From: Hydrolagus affinis
Taxonomy: Eukaryota
Reading direction: 5' to 3'
NCBI GenBank assembly: GCA_012026655.1
Contig: JAAILG010000190.1
Coordinates: 62,001 to 126,000, forward strand
DNA: 64,000 nucleotides
The notes under the pieces were generated by a model that was not told the DNA's origin, made no database searches, and saw only the letters and a list, made by a program, of their open reading frames with translations. The position numbers and the translations under genes are program-made. Shown here piece by piece: positions 52,843-64,000 of the stretch (positions within the stretch are counted from its first letter, which is position 1; the number at the start of each line of letters is the position of its first letter).

Positions 52843-53169
52843 AGTAGAAACAATAGACAATCAATGACAATTGAAAGCAAATGAAATTGACGTTTCGCTG
52901 GTAAAAGTTGTTCTCTGAACGTTCAGCGAACGTTGACTGCGAACATTGGACGTTCGACCTCCAGCAGACGTTCAGTCAACGTTTAGTTAACATTCAAATG
53001 CTAGCAGGGTATAGGGTTATTATTGCATTAGTTTGCACAAATTCATTTTGTTTCTTTAATATTTTGCCATTGAGTCTGGTGAGTATATTCAGGTGAGTGT
53101 ATTTGGGTGTGTGTATTCTGGTGTATGCCATTGCTTTCTCGAAGAAAGTCTTCCCCCCGGTTAATCTGT

Positions 53170-53585
53170 TTGGAGTTTCTGCTCCTACAACTCTGTCCCA
53201 CAATCCCTTCGCCTTGCTCCCTCCCTTGTCTCCTTCGAGACTGGTCTCAAGACTCTCCTCTTCGACCGTGCCTTCAGTCGCCCTCCTGCCTCTCTGCCCA
53301 CCCTCATCCAAACCCTGCAATGCCCACCCACTGCCCCCCACCCCCATCCCACTCTGGTCCCGACCTCTGACTGTCAGTGCCTTGAGACCCCTCGACGTGA
53401 AAGGCGCTTTATAAGTGCAATTTTGTTGTTGTTGTTTGTTGTCTCAGGGCGATGGACAGTCAGGTGTTTTTGGACCTCAGCTGGGAGTTGAGACAGGAGG
53501 GATGGAGAGCAGGGGGCTTCCATGTGGGAGGGTGGCCAAAGGCACATTTGAAGAGGAAGGTCTTTAGACGGGACTCAAACGAGGC
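53170..53585. mobile_element. Tail-to-tail L2 3' ends (plus 53170-53440, minus 53441-53585)
   Basis: Plus: CTCAAGACTCTCCTCTTCGACCGTGCCTT...GACGTGAAAGGCGCTTTATAAGTGCAA(TTG)n. Minus: GGACAGTCAGGTGTTTTTGGACC..GAAGAGGAAGGTCTTTAG. Confidence 0.8.
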
Positions 53586-54491
53586 ATAGTGAAAAAGCTG
53601 AATTAATATCAGTAAAGACACAGTTTATAACCCAAGGCGTTTCAATGCTCATATAATTTCAACTGTGTGTTACTTCAGTTCCTCATGGTGTCAGGCTCAG
53701 AAACTCCTCCAAGCCAATTCTACGGATGTCATCAGCATTTAATATTAAAGCACAGAAATAGATGCCAGTTTATCCTAATTTTATGTGTAAAATTTGATTT
53801 TGAAAGTTTTTCTTTATACCGTAATTGTAATTCTAACTTTTATTCTGTGAATTCAAACACTTTGTATTATTTTAAATAAATTGAATTTTGCATTAATTGC
53901 ATTAATTAACATCTGTGACAAAGTGTTAAACCAGGATGAACAGCAGTTACCTAGGAATATGCAAGCATGGGCTTATGGTCAAATTATAGACACTTTCTCC
54001 TACGTTTCATCCACATATACAGTCGATCCATTTTACAATATATTCTGCAAGCGCTTTTAGACATCTCAACGATGTGATAAGGCATAAATGATTATTATAT
54101 ACACTTGCAAAACAAATTGGTAGTACTTTGAACTAAAGCATTTGCAGTCCCTGGTGCTTGCTGGTATTTATTGCGTCTGTAAATGGACAATTATGACTAA
54201 TTTATTGTATTAATGTTTCTTGCAATAAATTTACCTGCGACAATTTGCAGCTGATATTAAGCTCCATGCATCATTAAACATGGAAATAATGTATAGCATT
54301 TTCATGTTGACATCAAAAATTAATCAGCCTGTATGATGAATCGGTTGGTTACTGTATAGCGTAACATGAGCAAAATAGAACATGAAAATTAATATGGATT
54401 ATCTGTCACAGCTATGCACTGCATTTATTGGACTCCATTTTGATTGCCTGTTCTGATGTTCTCTTATTTTGTCTAGGTTCTGACCTACATC

Positions 54492-54545
54492 AGGGAGGGA
54501 GGGAGGGAGGGAGTGAGGGAGGGAGGGAGGGAGGGAGGGAGGGAG
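54492..54545. repeat. (GGGA)n microsatellite
   Basis: Direct reading. Confidence 0.95.
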
Positions 54546-54689
54546 TATTTGAAGCGCTCTGAGACGCCATCCGGTGTGGAGGGCACTATATAAATCGAAG
54601 TTGTTGTTGTTGTATTTTGCAGAGTTCGAACAAGGATGTCTTCAAAAGGAGATTATGTTCTCACTGAGAGTTCAAAGAAGTGCAACTAG

Positions 54690-55180
54690 GATAATGTCTA
54701 AATTAGGAGAATAATGAGACTTGGTCAAGCTTGGCTTGTTTTTATTAGAAAAAGGAAGGTGGATGGGGGCGGGATTCAGGTCCTTACAAGGTTGCAAAGG
54801 ATATGTGTAGGTGTAAGGAGGCGGTTTGAGTTAAACAATGAGAGCAGAACTAGCAGCAAAGGTTACAATTATTAATCTGAAAGCTCTATCCCACGGGCTC
54901 CCTAGAATGAGAATTACTTGAACACAATATACCAAACAAAAAATGGTTGAAACATCTGTTCAAAAGGGAATACAGTAATACAAATATAATAGTAATGCAA
55001 ATAAAATATAAGTTAATACAAATAATAACAATACAGCAGTACATATATTTCAAATGGAAATATTTAAAGGGATAAGAGAAAAAGAAAGGACTAGAAACTA
55101 AACAGATAGCCAGCTCTTTCATACAGTCAGTACAGATGTAATGGCCTCCTTATGCACTGAAAAATTCTGTGATTCTACTT
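54690..55180 (+). mobile_element. Highly degraded CR1 3' region (ORF2 end ~54690-54875, 3' UTR ~55045-55178)
   Basis: AAGCTTGGCTTGTTTTTATTAGAAAAAGGAAGG (LGLF.LE.RR-like). End ATGGCCTCCTTATGCACTGAAAAATTCTGTGATTCT resembles 1833-1880. Confidence 0.55.
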
Positions 55181-56919
55181 TTAATCAGGCCGAAATGTAT
55201 CCCTATGTGAAGGTCACCGTATAAATGCAAGTTGTTGTTGTGACGGTGACCAAAAATAAATCATAAATAAATGACGACAATACATTCACGCTACCTACGG
55301 ATATGGTTTGACATACAGCCTGCGTTTCTAAAGCTGTGTTGATGTTGTTTGAAACTGAGATTTCCGTGCATTCCACCTACACGTGGAAATCCTAGAGATA
55401 GATTGTTGGAATGGAATGCGCACTCTCTCCCTAGAAGGGACGCATCCTGCTCACCTAATTCCAGAAGGTTTCGGGAATAAATTGGCAAGAGCCAAGGCTT
55501 GGAGACCCCAGAGTGTACGGTGGGGTTACTGCTGGAGTCTAACCAGCTAAAACTGCATTGCTATTGATATTACTGCAGTGTTGCTGACTATGGGGGAAAT
55601 ACACCTAGGTGGTGTCTCTGGAAGTAGCATGATTCCCTGTGTCTATAAAGCTTGTTGCTGATGGTGCAGACAGCCATCATTTTCAGTTGCCTGTGGATGC
55701 ACAATGGACCCGTCTGCATCGATCAGTGAGCTGGTTCTGGTTTCCATGGTAGCCCAATGTTTAGAGGCCTTGTGCGCTACTGTACTGAGTTCATACATAG
55801 CAGGTTGATAACTCTGATTTCCTGTTCGTGGTGAGTGTAGAGCTCTGGTTCGCTAACCTGCCTGAGGGATGTGATTTAAACGCAAGTTGTTGTCGTTAGC
55901 TGGTATCAGTCAGGGAGGAACAATAGCTCTGTAGTGTTTCTTAGGGATTAGAAAAATCAACCAGATTCCTAGTCTTAATCAATACCCAATTGCTCCTACT
56001 GGAATGTGTCTTGCCTACAGTGGGAATTGAAGATAGGGTTAGACTTTGGCAGATACTCATGATTGAGAACAGGTACTGCTGGTGCCTGTGGTACTGCAAC
56101 CTGCCAAAACCCTTCACCATCAGCAGAGATGACATGAAGTGAAATTGGCTAAAGTAAAAGAGTAAACCGTAACTTGGGACTCACTGGAGAGGATTGATGG
56201 CCAGGAGCAAGGTTGCAAATCATAAATGCAAAACAACAATTCATGCATAATTCAGAGTTGTTCTGTTGTAGCTGTTGTGGAATCTGAACTACAATATAAA
56301 CAGAGGAGATGACCATGGGACCTTGGGCAATATAAATTCGGTCTAAGATTCTTCTCAGAAGAGGCTGTGGCACCATCCCTGTTTGAAAGTGTTGACAGTG
56401 AGGTATCATCACCTAAGGGTTTACAGCCTAGTTGTCAGATTGAAAGTGGGATCTGCAAGTTCTTTCCGACAACAAAAGCAAAGATGATAATAATTTGCCT
56501 GCAGAATGCCATCCATCCATCAGTCTTGTCTAGAGTGAGATTAAAGTGCATAAGGAGCCTGGAGTGAGCTGCACTGTTTGCAAGTAACCTACAGCAATAT
56601 ACCAAGATAAATGGATCTCATTTTTAGAGGTTGCTCTGGCATAAAAAAACCAACACAATTAATTTGTATTTGGCTTGTTCTTTTAAGCTTTGTATAAACA
56701 AGTCTAAAATGATTTTCGTCATTACAATCTATCAACAATGTGCTCTGAATCGCACGTGATTAGTAAGCTGTGGCTGCGGTGTATCAAAGGCAAACACGAC
56801 AACCGAGTTTACAAGATTTGGTTGATTTGCTATTTTATTTTTCAAACACACTGACAAGATAATCCACACAGTACTGTTGACGATAACAATGGGTTTGGAC
56901 TTGCATAGCTCCTTCCACA

Positions 56920-57425
56920 AATAGCTTCAGAGAGATGGAGTGAGGTCGAGCAGGGTGGGAGATAGGGCAAATAGTGGGGAGATAACCCGGGGAGCAGATA
57001 AAGAGGTAGGTTCTTATTATGAGGGTTATTTGATAGCAGAGTGGGAGGGAGCGTGAAAAATGGGAGATTTCCAGACAGTGGGGGCAACATGACTGAAGGC
57101 TTGCCCACTGACAGTGGCGTGGAGCAGGCTCCAGTTGGCCGATTAGATGCGGAGATTGGTGTACCACATTGGGATCACACAGATAGGGTTGGGCAAGAAT
57201 GTGAAACCATTTGAAATTTATAATGAACAACAATGATGATAAAATTACATTTGTATAGCGCCTGTCACGACAGATAGTATTTCGGACCCGAGTTAGGGAT
57301 AGGGAGTTGACCCACATACCTGTGGATGTTGTCACCAAGAGATAACATGTACATTTTGCGGAGGACCAAGCACAGATCCCTGAGGAATTCTGCTTGAGAT
57401 GTTGCGGGGGTTAGAGGAGAAGGTA
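56920..57425 (-). mobile_element. Mosaic of L2 fragments (3' UTR/ORF end, tail, and RT motif)
   Basis: Minus strand 57360-57390 encodes IPQGSVLGP (LINE RT PQGS motif). L2 tail at ~57226-57310. ORF-end similarity to 62900-62970. Confidence 0.65.
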
Positions 57426-57740
57426 TACAAGAAGGTAATGACTTTCCTAAATTTTACGAACCTAAAATATAAGTAGATCTAAAATAAGAAGCAGTGAGAA
57501 TGCTGTCCTGAACCAGATGGTCTGTTTCCATTGCTGTACAATCTATGTACCACATATTTTAAAAATACATCCATAAAGGCCTTTGAGTGTTATTGTGTTG
57601 CAGTAATTGGAGTTAGACTCTAATTGCAAATAAATGAACTTGCTGTTCCAATTTCAAACTTATGACAGATGTTAACATTCTGATGGTGCAAATGGGTCAT
57701 AAACGATATTCGGGCTCTCATATAACTAGTGAACAGAAAG

Positions 57741-58420
57741 GAACATAGGAATTAGGAGCAGGAGTAGGCTATTTGGCCTTTCGAGCCTGCCCCACCATTC
57801 AATAAGATCATAGCTGATCTTCTAATCAACCCCATCTACCCACCTTATCCCCATATCTCTAAATCCCTCTATCCATTAGAAATCTATCACTCTCAGTCTT
57901 GATTATGTTCAAGGACTGAGCATCTACAGCCTTTTGGGGGTAGAGAATTCCATAAATTCACTACTCTCTGAGTGAAGAAGTATTTCCTCAACTATTCAAA
58001 AAGGCTGATCCTTAATCTTAAAACTGTGACCCCCTAATTATAGATTCTCCCACCAGGACCCACATTCACTTTTACTAGTCTCTTCCTCCTTATGTATTTG
58101 TAAATATCTTGCAATCTGTCTTTATGTTCCTAGCTCATTTGCCCTCATAATCCATTTTCTCCCTCTTTATCAGTTTCTCAGTTTTTCTTTGTTAATCCCT
58201 GAAGTCCTTCCAATCCTCAGGTTTACTGCTCTTTTTGGCAGTATAAGCCTCTTCTTTTCATTTTATACTTTCCCTAACTGCTCTAGTTAGCCATGGTTGA
58301 TCCACTTTCCCCGTGATACTTTTATACCTCAAGGGAATATGTGATCATTGGGAATTATGTACTACATCTTTAAATGTTTGCCATTGCTGGTCTACTGTCA
58401 TAGACTTTAATCTAATTCTA
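57741..58420 (-). mobile_element. CR1 LINE copy with a large internal deletion (EN-RT linker joined to ORF2 C-terminus and 3' UTR)
   Basis: 58420->58057 gives MTVDQQWQTFKD...QPWLTRAVRESIK..KPEDW. 58056->57741 gives GHSFKI..FFTQRVVNLWNSLP..AVDAQSL plus a CR1 3' UTR. Confidence 0.8.
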
Positions 58421-61400
58421 AAGAATTATGTAATTATCTATTTCTAAGGAGGCTGTCCAAGGGCGACCTCAATACAGTACAATACATATCTGCCATATCA
58501 GTAGAAGGTGGCTTGAAATTATTATTTTTTAAAAATTCTAATTTGTTTACCTAACTAAACCTTCGGATTTGAAACTGAACCTTAATTCTGAAGGAAATAT
58601 ATGGACTGTACCAGCCTGGTATGTGTTTACTGGAAACGTGTTTTGCCCTAAGTTGAGGTTGGACCAGTGTACACACTCTTTGTTTTCTTGTCTTACCATC
58701 TCTTCAGGATTTCTGAGGCAGCCACACACCATTTCATGGCTAAGAGAGTTGACAACATGCTCCTAGGCCTTGAAATTCTCCCCGTAGGGAACCACTTGTC
58801 CTCTGTGTGATTTGCAGCTTCCCCCTGCTGGTTTGGACAAGACCAGAGATACAATACTTGTGTGAGAATCACAGGCAGGAACCTTCTCTGACAATTTTGC
58901 CCTGCAACACCCAACGCAGTGTGGTGAAATTATTCCTGCTTAGACATTCAAAGGGAGATCGTTTTTTTAACTTTTATGGAGGGTATCTAAAGATCATATA
59001 TATGAACGGAGATTTAGTTTTCAAAAAAAGTTCCTAAGTCAATATTTTTGTACTGTGCTGATTAATCTCAAGCTAATCGGGAAATGGAAACTGTCAAGAG
59101 ATAAAGAGTTGAGTGATGTTATGCTCCTCAGGAGCATTGCATTATAAACGAGTTAGCCATCATGCAATGTTCGCGTTGTTGTTTGATCACTCTTGTGTCT
59201 TGATTTTTAAAAAGAAATTGCTGTACTTGCTTCGCATTATGCCATATTTCACAGAGGAGTGATGGCTGGTAGATTTGTGGCTGACATCCGCCAGGGAAAC
59301 ATCACTGGAGCTTAAGTGCGTCTGTTCCAAGTCCCCCAGCTCCTTATTGGAAGCTTTGAAAAAAGGGAATCGAGTATTCCAGTTAAATGGAGAGGAAATT
59401 GAAGCCAGAATGCAAAACAAATCAGCAAGAAAGATAAAGCAACAGATCAGAAGAAGGAAAAAAAAATAATGAACTGGCTGAGAGAAACATTACAAGTGGC
59501 CTGGACGAAAATGACTATCAGCAGCTGCGGAGAGAGGGGTGAATTTAACAGGCAGCACGGAGAATACAGTGCCTGCCGAACCAAGTGGCGGCGACAGCAC
59601 TCCCATTCGAATCAGTTGCTTTGAAGCCTATGTCTTCAAAGCAGTAGAGTAACATGAATCTATTAATTTTGATTGTTTTACATTATATGGTTATGGAGTA
59701 TCAGGTTAGTAGAGACAGCCAGGCCTGAAGTCACACATATAATTTTATCGCCTGCCAGGGAGAATAAATTTAAATGGACTGTACTTGGAAGATAATGAGT
59801 TAGGTCCATATTTCCCTTTGATCACTCAGTTTTCTCAATACAGTATATTGGTTGGATATAAAGTTATCTTGCATCAGCACACTACAACCAAACAATTACA
59901 ATTTGGTGGTCCTTGAATGTAAGAAAATACTGAATATTCCTTCGACCGCAACACATCTGTATTTCGTGTTTCATTTTAACTCAAGAAAAACATTATTGGA
60001 ACTCTATTTCACTGTATTCCATTTCCCTCAGTAACTGGTGCAATTCTCTCGACGTAAAAAGGTGCAATAAAAATGAGATTTTTTTCATAAAAGAAAACAC
60101 AAATCCATTTCAACATTGTTGAATACACCATTTAGATTCTTTTATAAAAAAAAATCATTGCTCTCTTTAAACGTTGTTTGGAGGTTAGGCCAAACTCTGG
60201 TGGAGGTGTTGGGTGGAGGATTCTCTCGTGGGTTGTACAATTGCTAGCAGCACTGCAGCGAGTTTATTTAACAAGTGATATTTACTAAATTTCACAATTT
60301 TTGACTTGCTGCCCACTCGCCTGGTCACCGTTTGCAGCTTGAATCACCCATTAACACCCACTCTTGATTTAGCGGCTTTTTATGCTGAGAGCTAAGCCAC
60401 AGCCATACATTCACTGTTGAGGGTGGGGGGGAAAGGAGGGAGGAGTGGGGGGGGGGGAGGGGGAGGGGGAGTCCGTCATGTATGTGTTTGCATGTCAAAC
60501 TCTACTTACTTTGCTGCTGACTCCGGGATCGCTCATTCCCGCTTTGATGGGAAAATGAACATACTTAAATAATTGGCGTCATCCGTGCGGTCGACACGAC
60601 CTGCTGTGTTTATTTTATGCTTTTCATGCAATCCAGCCAGTGTGACTCTAGCACAAAACTCACTGCAGGAGCTTTTGATTTCATAAATTATTCTGCACAT
60701 GAATCAGCATGAGGTGTCTGCCTGTGTTTGTAGTGAACTGATGCAGAGTCTTGATAGTGCAATTAAACATGCTCATGACTTATTGTTGGAGCCTGTTGAT
60801 GTAACTGACATGCTGGAGGCAATGACGTGCTAATTCATCTGTCGCGGAAATATCTTGCGGAAGACTAGATAACAAATTGTTAATCAAATGAATATCTTAA
60901 TATTAATTAATGAAAATGTACAGTTTACGAAGGTTAGCCAGCCCCAGTTTGCATGTGGAGTGTGTGTGTGTGTGTGTGTGTGGGGGGGGGTGGTGGGAGG
61001 GGGAAGGCTTGATGGCTTAGTCCGGGCTGTGACTGGCATGCATGATTCTGGATATGATTTGTTACAGGACACAACAACGACAACAATTATATTTGTATAG
61101 CTCCTTTCAAATTAGGAGGGCATCCCAAAGCACAGGGCAGTGATGCACAGGGATTTGGACCTGAGTTGGGATCAAAATTAGTGGAGGACATCATTAAAAA
61201 GTCCATAATGATATTTTGTAACTTTCTATACAGCTGATGCGACATAGGTTTGGCATTTCTGTCACAGCTTTAGTTGGTGGATACTGAATTCTTGGTGAGC
61301 TGTTTCCTCACTAGACACCCTGCTGCTGGATAATGGGGTTCGGAATGGCCTCCAACCCATCCTGAGGGCAGATCACAAATCACAAGCCGGGGAGGGTCTT

Positions 61401-62704
61401 GAGAAGGGGCCTCGAAGGAGAAGTAAACACTTCAAACCCCCCCAAAAATGGTTAGCTTGGCACAAGGAGAATTATTAAAACCAAACATTCTACATAATAT
61501 CAATATTGGGTGATTTGGGCTTGCAAATCAAATTCATGAGACCAAAGCTCTGATTCTAATGAGCAGGTCAGTTTCTTTCGCCAAAATACACAGTTAACCC
61601 ACTTTGCAGTATATCCTATATGAAGTACTTTGAGACATCTGGAGAATGTGACAGCCCTTTATTTTTTGTCATCCGGGTGTCTGACACATACGGAAACCCA
61701 TCACCACTAGTTGGCACTACATCAAACGCAAATATTATTATTATTGGATGACCTTAATTCAGTATTTAAGTTTTGAGTCAATGCAGCTTCCGGCCACAAG
61801 CCATCGCTAAAAGTCCTGACTGAACGAGACAGTGTAGATTTTATTCATGAAATTAGGAGACGGTTTTAGCCTTGAATCAATATGCATAGGAATGCAAAGC
61901 AACTTTGAAATGTCTAAGTTTCAAGGGTACTTTTTTTATGTCTTAGAATCTCAATGTACAGTAATTGGAGAGCAACTGCTCACTGCTCCATGAGTAAGAA
62001 TATGGTGGAAGTCAAACTGAACCTATTAGCATTGGGAAACAAAAAACATGATTCGTGCCAATGAAATGACAGCCATATGGAGATGAATGGAGATGTAAGT
62101 AGAATTTTTGATTTGCAACATGAGGACAGAGCTAAAGGACAATGGTTAAAAAATTTTTTTAAAGAAACTCTGAACTCACAAAACTCCAAATCAAAGTAGC
62201 GATACTGTATCAATTATCTCCCACAAAAAATATAACTGGACATGTGTCTGCTTGAGTATGACATGAGTCGTCATGTGCAGATTGAAATGAACGATACAGT
62301 GCTTCAATGGACACTGCGATTACTATGCTTCCAAGTCTGGTGGGTAAAAGAGAGTAATGAATATTGTCTGGGCAAAAGAGTTCAGTTACAAGTAATGTAC
62401 ATATAGAACTGGATGAATATTTGATAGGGTTTCCTTTATTGTCTTTGAAGCTCTGGCAGTGTCTATGCAACAATCTACTTTCCTACAGAAGTGGTGCACT
62501 TGGGGAAAGCCAGTGATAGAGTGAGCTTTTTATATTTATGGAAGAAAGAAGATGAATAGCTTCCTTGTTCCTCTGTTTAATATTCTTATTCCATGCCATC
62601 TACTGTCCTTAACCTTCTTAATAGACACCCTTATGTGCTAAGAAAAATGCAATGTTTTCAAGATTAGCAGCCAAAAGGTCTTGTGAGATTCACTGCCTGA
62701 GAAA

Positions 62705-63080
62705 ACAACAATAATAAAATTGCATTTGTAAAGCTCTTACCTGTCAGGACGACATCCCAATGAGCTGGACAGTCAGTGTTTTGGACCCGAGTTGGGATCA
62801 GGATTGGGGAGGGTGGAGGGAAGGGAGGGGAAGAGGGGGTGACCGATGGCACGGTCGAAGAGGAGGGTCTTGAGGTGGGACTTGAGAGAGGCTAGGGAGT
62901 GGGAGAGGGATGGCAGGATGGAGTTCCAAACATTGCGGGCAGAGAGGCTGAAGACTTGCCCACCAATGGGCGGGTGGGTGGGTCAGAGGCCAATGAGCAG
63001 ACCAGAGCCTGGTGAGCAGAGAGAACGGACGGTTGGTAGAGGATTAGGACATCTCAGAGGTAGGGTGAGGCAAGACCATA
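62705..63080 (-). mobile_element. L2 LINE 3' end
   Basis: Reverse-complement tail (AACAATAATAAAATTGCATTTGTAAAGC..GGACAGTCAGTGTTTTGGACCCGAG), then CACGGTCGAAGAGGAGGGTCTTGAG and the ORF2 end. Confidence 0.8.
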
Positions 63081-63556
63081 TATAGCGCAGCTACAAGAGT
63101 TACAATAATAATTCTTGCGTTTGATATACCGCCTTATCACACCATTGAGATATCTCAAAGCAATTCACAGAAAGTACTGTTCTATCAAGTGGATTCACTG
63201 TATATTTTGTGGACAAAACAAAATGCTGTCACCAATAAGAAAATGTCACAAGTGCCTTTGATACTTTAATACAATTGTGTACTGCCTGGCTATCAGTTCT
63301 CAATTTACTACTGTATATAAATCTGACAAAAGACTTTAAAAAAACAGTATATCAAAAACCTGCCATATTATTGAACATCTGTTAGAATTAAAGTGACTGC
63401 CACAGGGAGAGTCATTGGCGACTGCTCCGGTAGCTGATGACCAGACGTGAGACACACATGACCACATGAAAGTAATGGGTACGTTGGCCTTGACCTTGCT
63501 GTTGACATTGGTGATTGTTCTCTCTTTGCTCGTCTTGTTTACACTCACAGGACCTT

Positions 63557-63985
63557 GAGACCTGTAGCTCAGTGGTTAGTGCACTCGCCTTGCAAGCCAA
63601 AGACCCGGGTTCCATTGCAGGCAAGGCGAAACCATGGGCAAGCTTCCTTACTCCACAGGCCTACAACAACAACATTTCTAGAGCGCCTTTCACATCGGGG
63701 AGGACGTCCTAATAATCATAATCCCTCAAAAAAAAATTGGGTCACTCAATCCACGACTGTTTGTGGGACACTGTTGTGCGCAATTGGCTGCCACGTTTCG
63801 CCCATAGTCAATTCACTTTCTAGTATATTCTGGCCCGTGCCTTCTGCTGACCTCCCAACTCTCTCCCAGCCCTCCCTCCTACCCTGCCCTTCTCTCTTGC
63901 TCAGGTCCTGACCTGACTGTTCAGTGCCTTGGGACGTCCTCCCGACTTGAAAGGAGCTCTGTAAATGTAATTTTATTGTTGTTGT
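63557..63985 (+). mobile_element. Family A SINE (63557-63831) with an inverted L2-tail insertion (~63663-63710), whose own tail is replaced by an L2 3' end (63832-63985)
   Basis: tRNA head and body, then GCCCGTGCCTT...GTGCCTTGGGACGTCCTCCCGACTTGAAAGGAGCT..(TTG)n. Confidence 0.8.
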
Positions 63986-64000
63986 ATCCTGTGAGGCTCT

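Noticed and set aside
59275-59469. Lys/Arg-rich short ORF ending RRRKKK
   Set aside because: Explained by A-rich sequence, with no ATG start and no recognisable homology.
2871-63985. Many recurring near-identical motifs that might suggest a CRISPR-like array
   Set aside because: Irregularly dispersed in both orientations and part of SINE/LINE tails in a vertebrate genome, with no regular repeat-spacer period and no cas genes.

Overview
Eukaryotic (vertebrate) genomic DNA that is AT-rich, repeat-dense and has three N-gaps. The repeat content (SacSINE1/Deu-like SINEs, CR1, L2 and Penelope relics, plus one very abundant tRNA-headed SINE with an L2-type tail) suggests a cartilaginous fish, probably a chimaera; this is inference. 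The only host protein-coding gene I can support is CPPED1 (calcineurin-like metallophosphoesterase) on the minus strand: coding exon 1 at 40099-40021, exon 2 at 32591-32373 and exon 3 at 8414-7992. All three junctions are phase 1 with GT-AG introns. The last exon, carrying the GHxH motif, is not in the window. Positions ~40.2-64 kb are upstream/intergenic. Almost all ORFs in the supplied track are spurious or transposon-derived. I found no convincing novel biological system. The most notable observations are an ~870-bp element with 32-bp terminal inverted repeats, an unidentified ~85-bp dispersed repeat that looks like a splice acceptor with tandem nuclear-receptor sites, a covarying 3' stem-loop shared by SINE and L2 tails, internally deleted CR1/L2 copies, a Penelope GIY-YIG relic, SINE/L2 chimeras, and several candidate conserved non-coding elements. 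Repeat boundaries were read by eye and are approximate.
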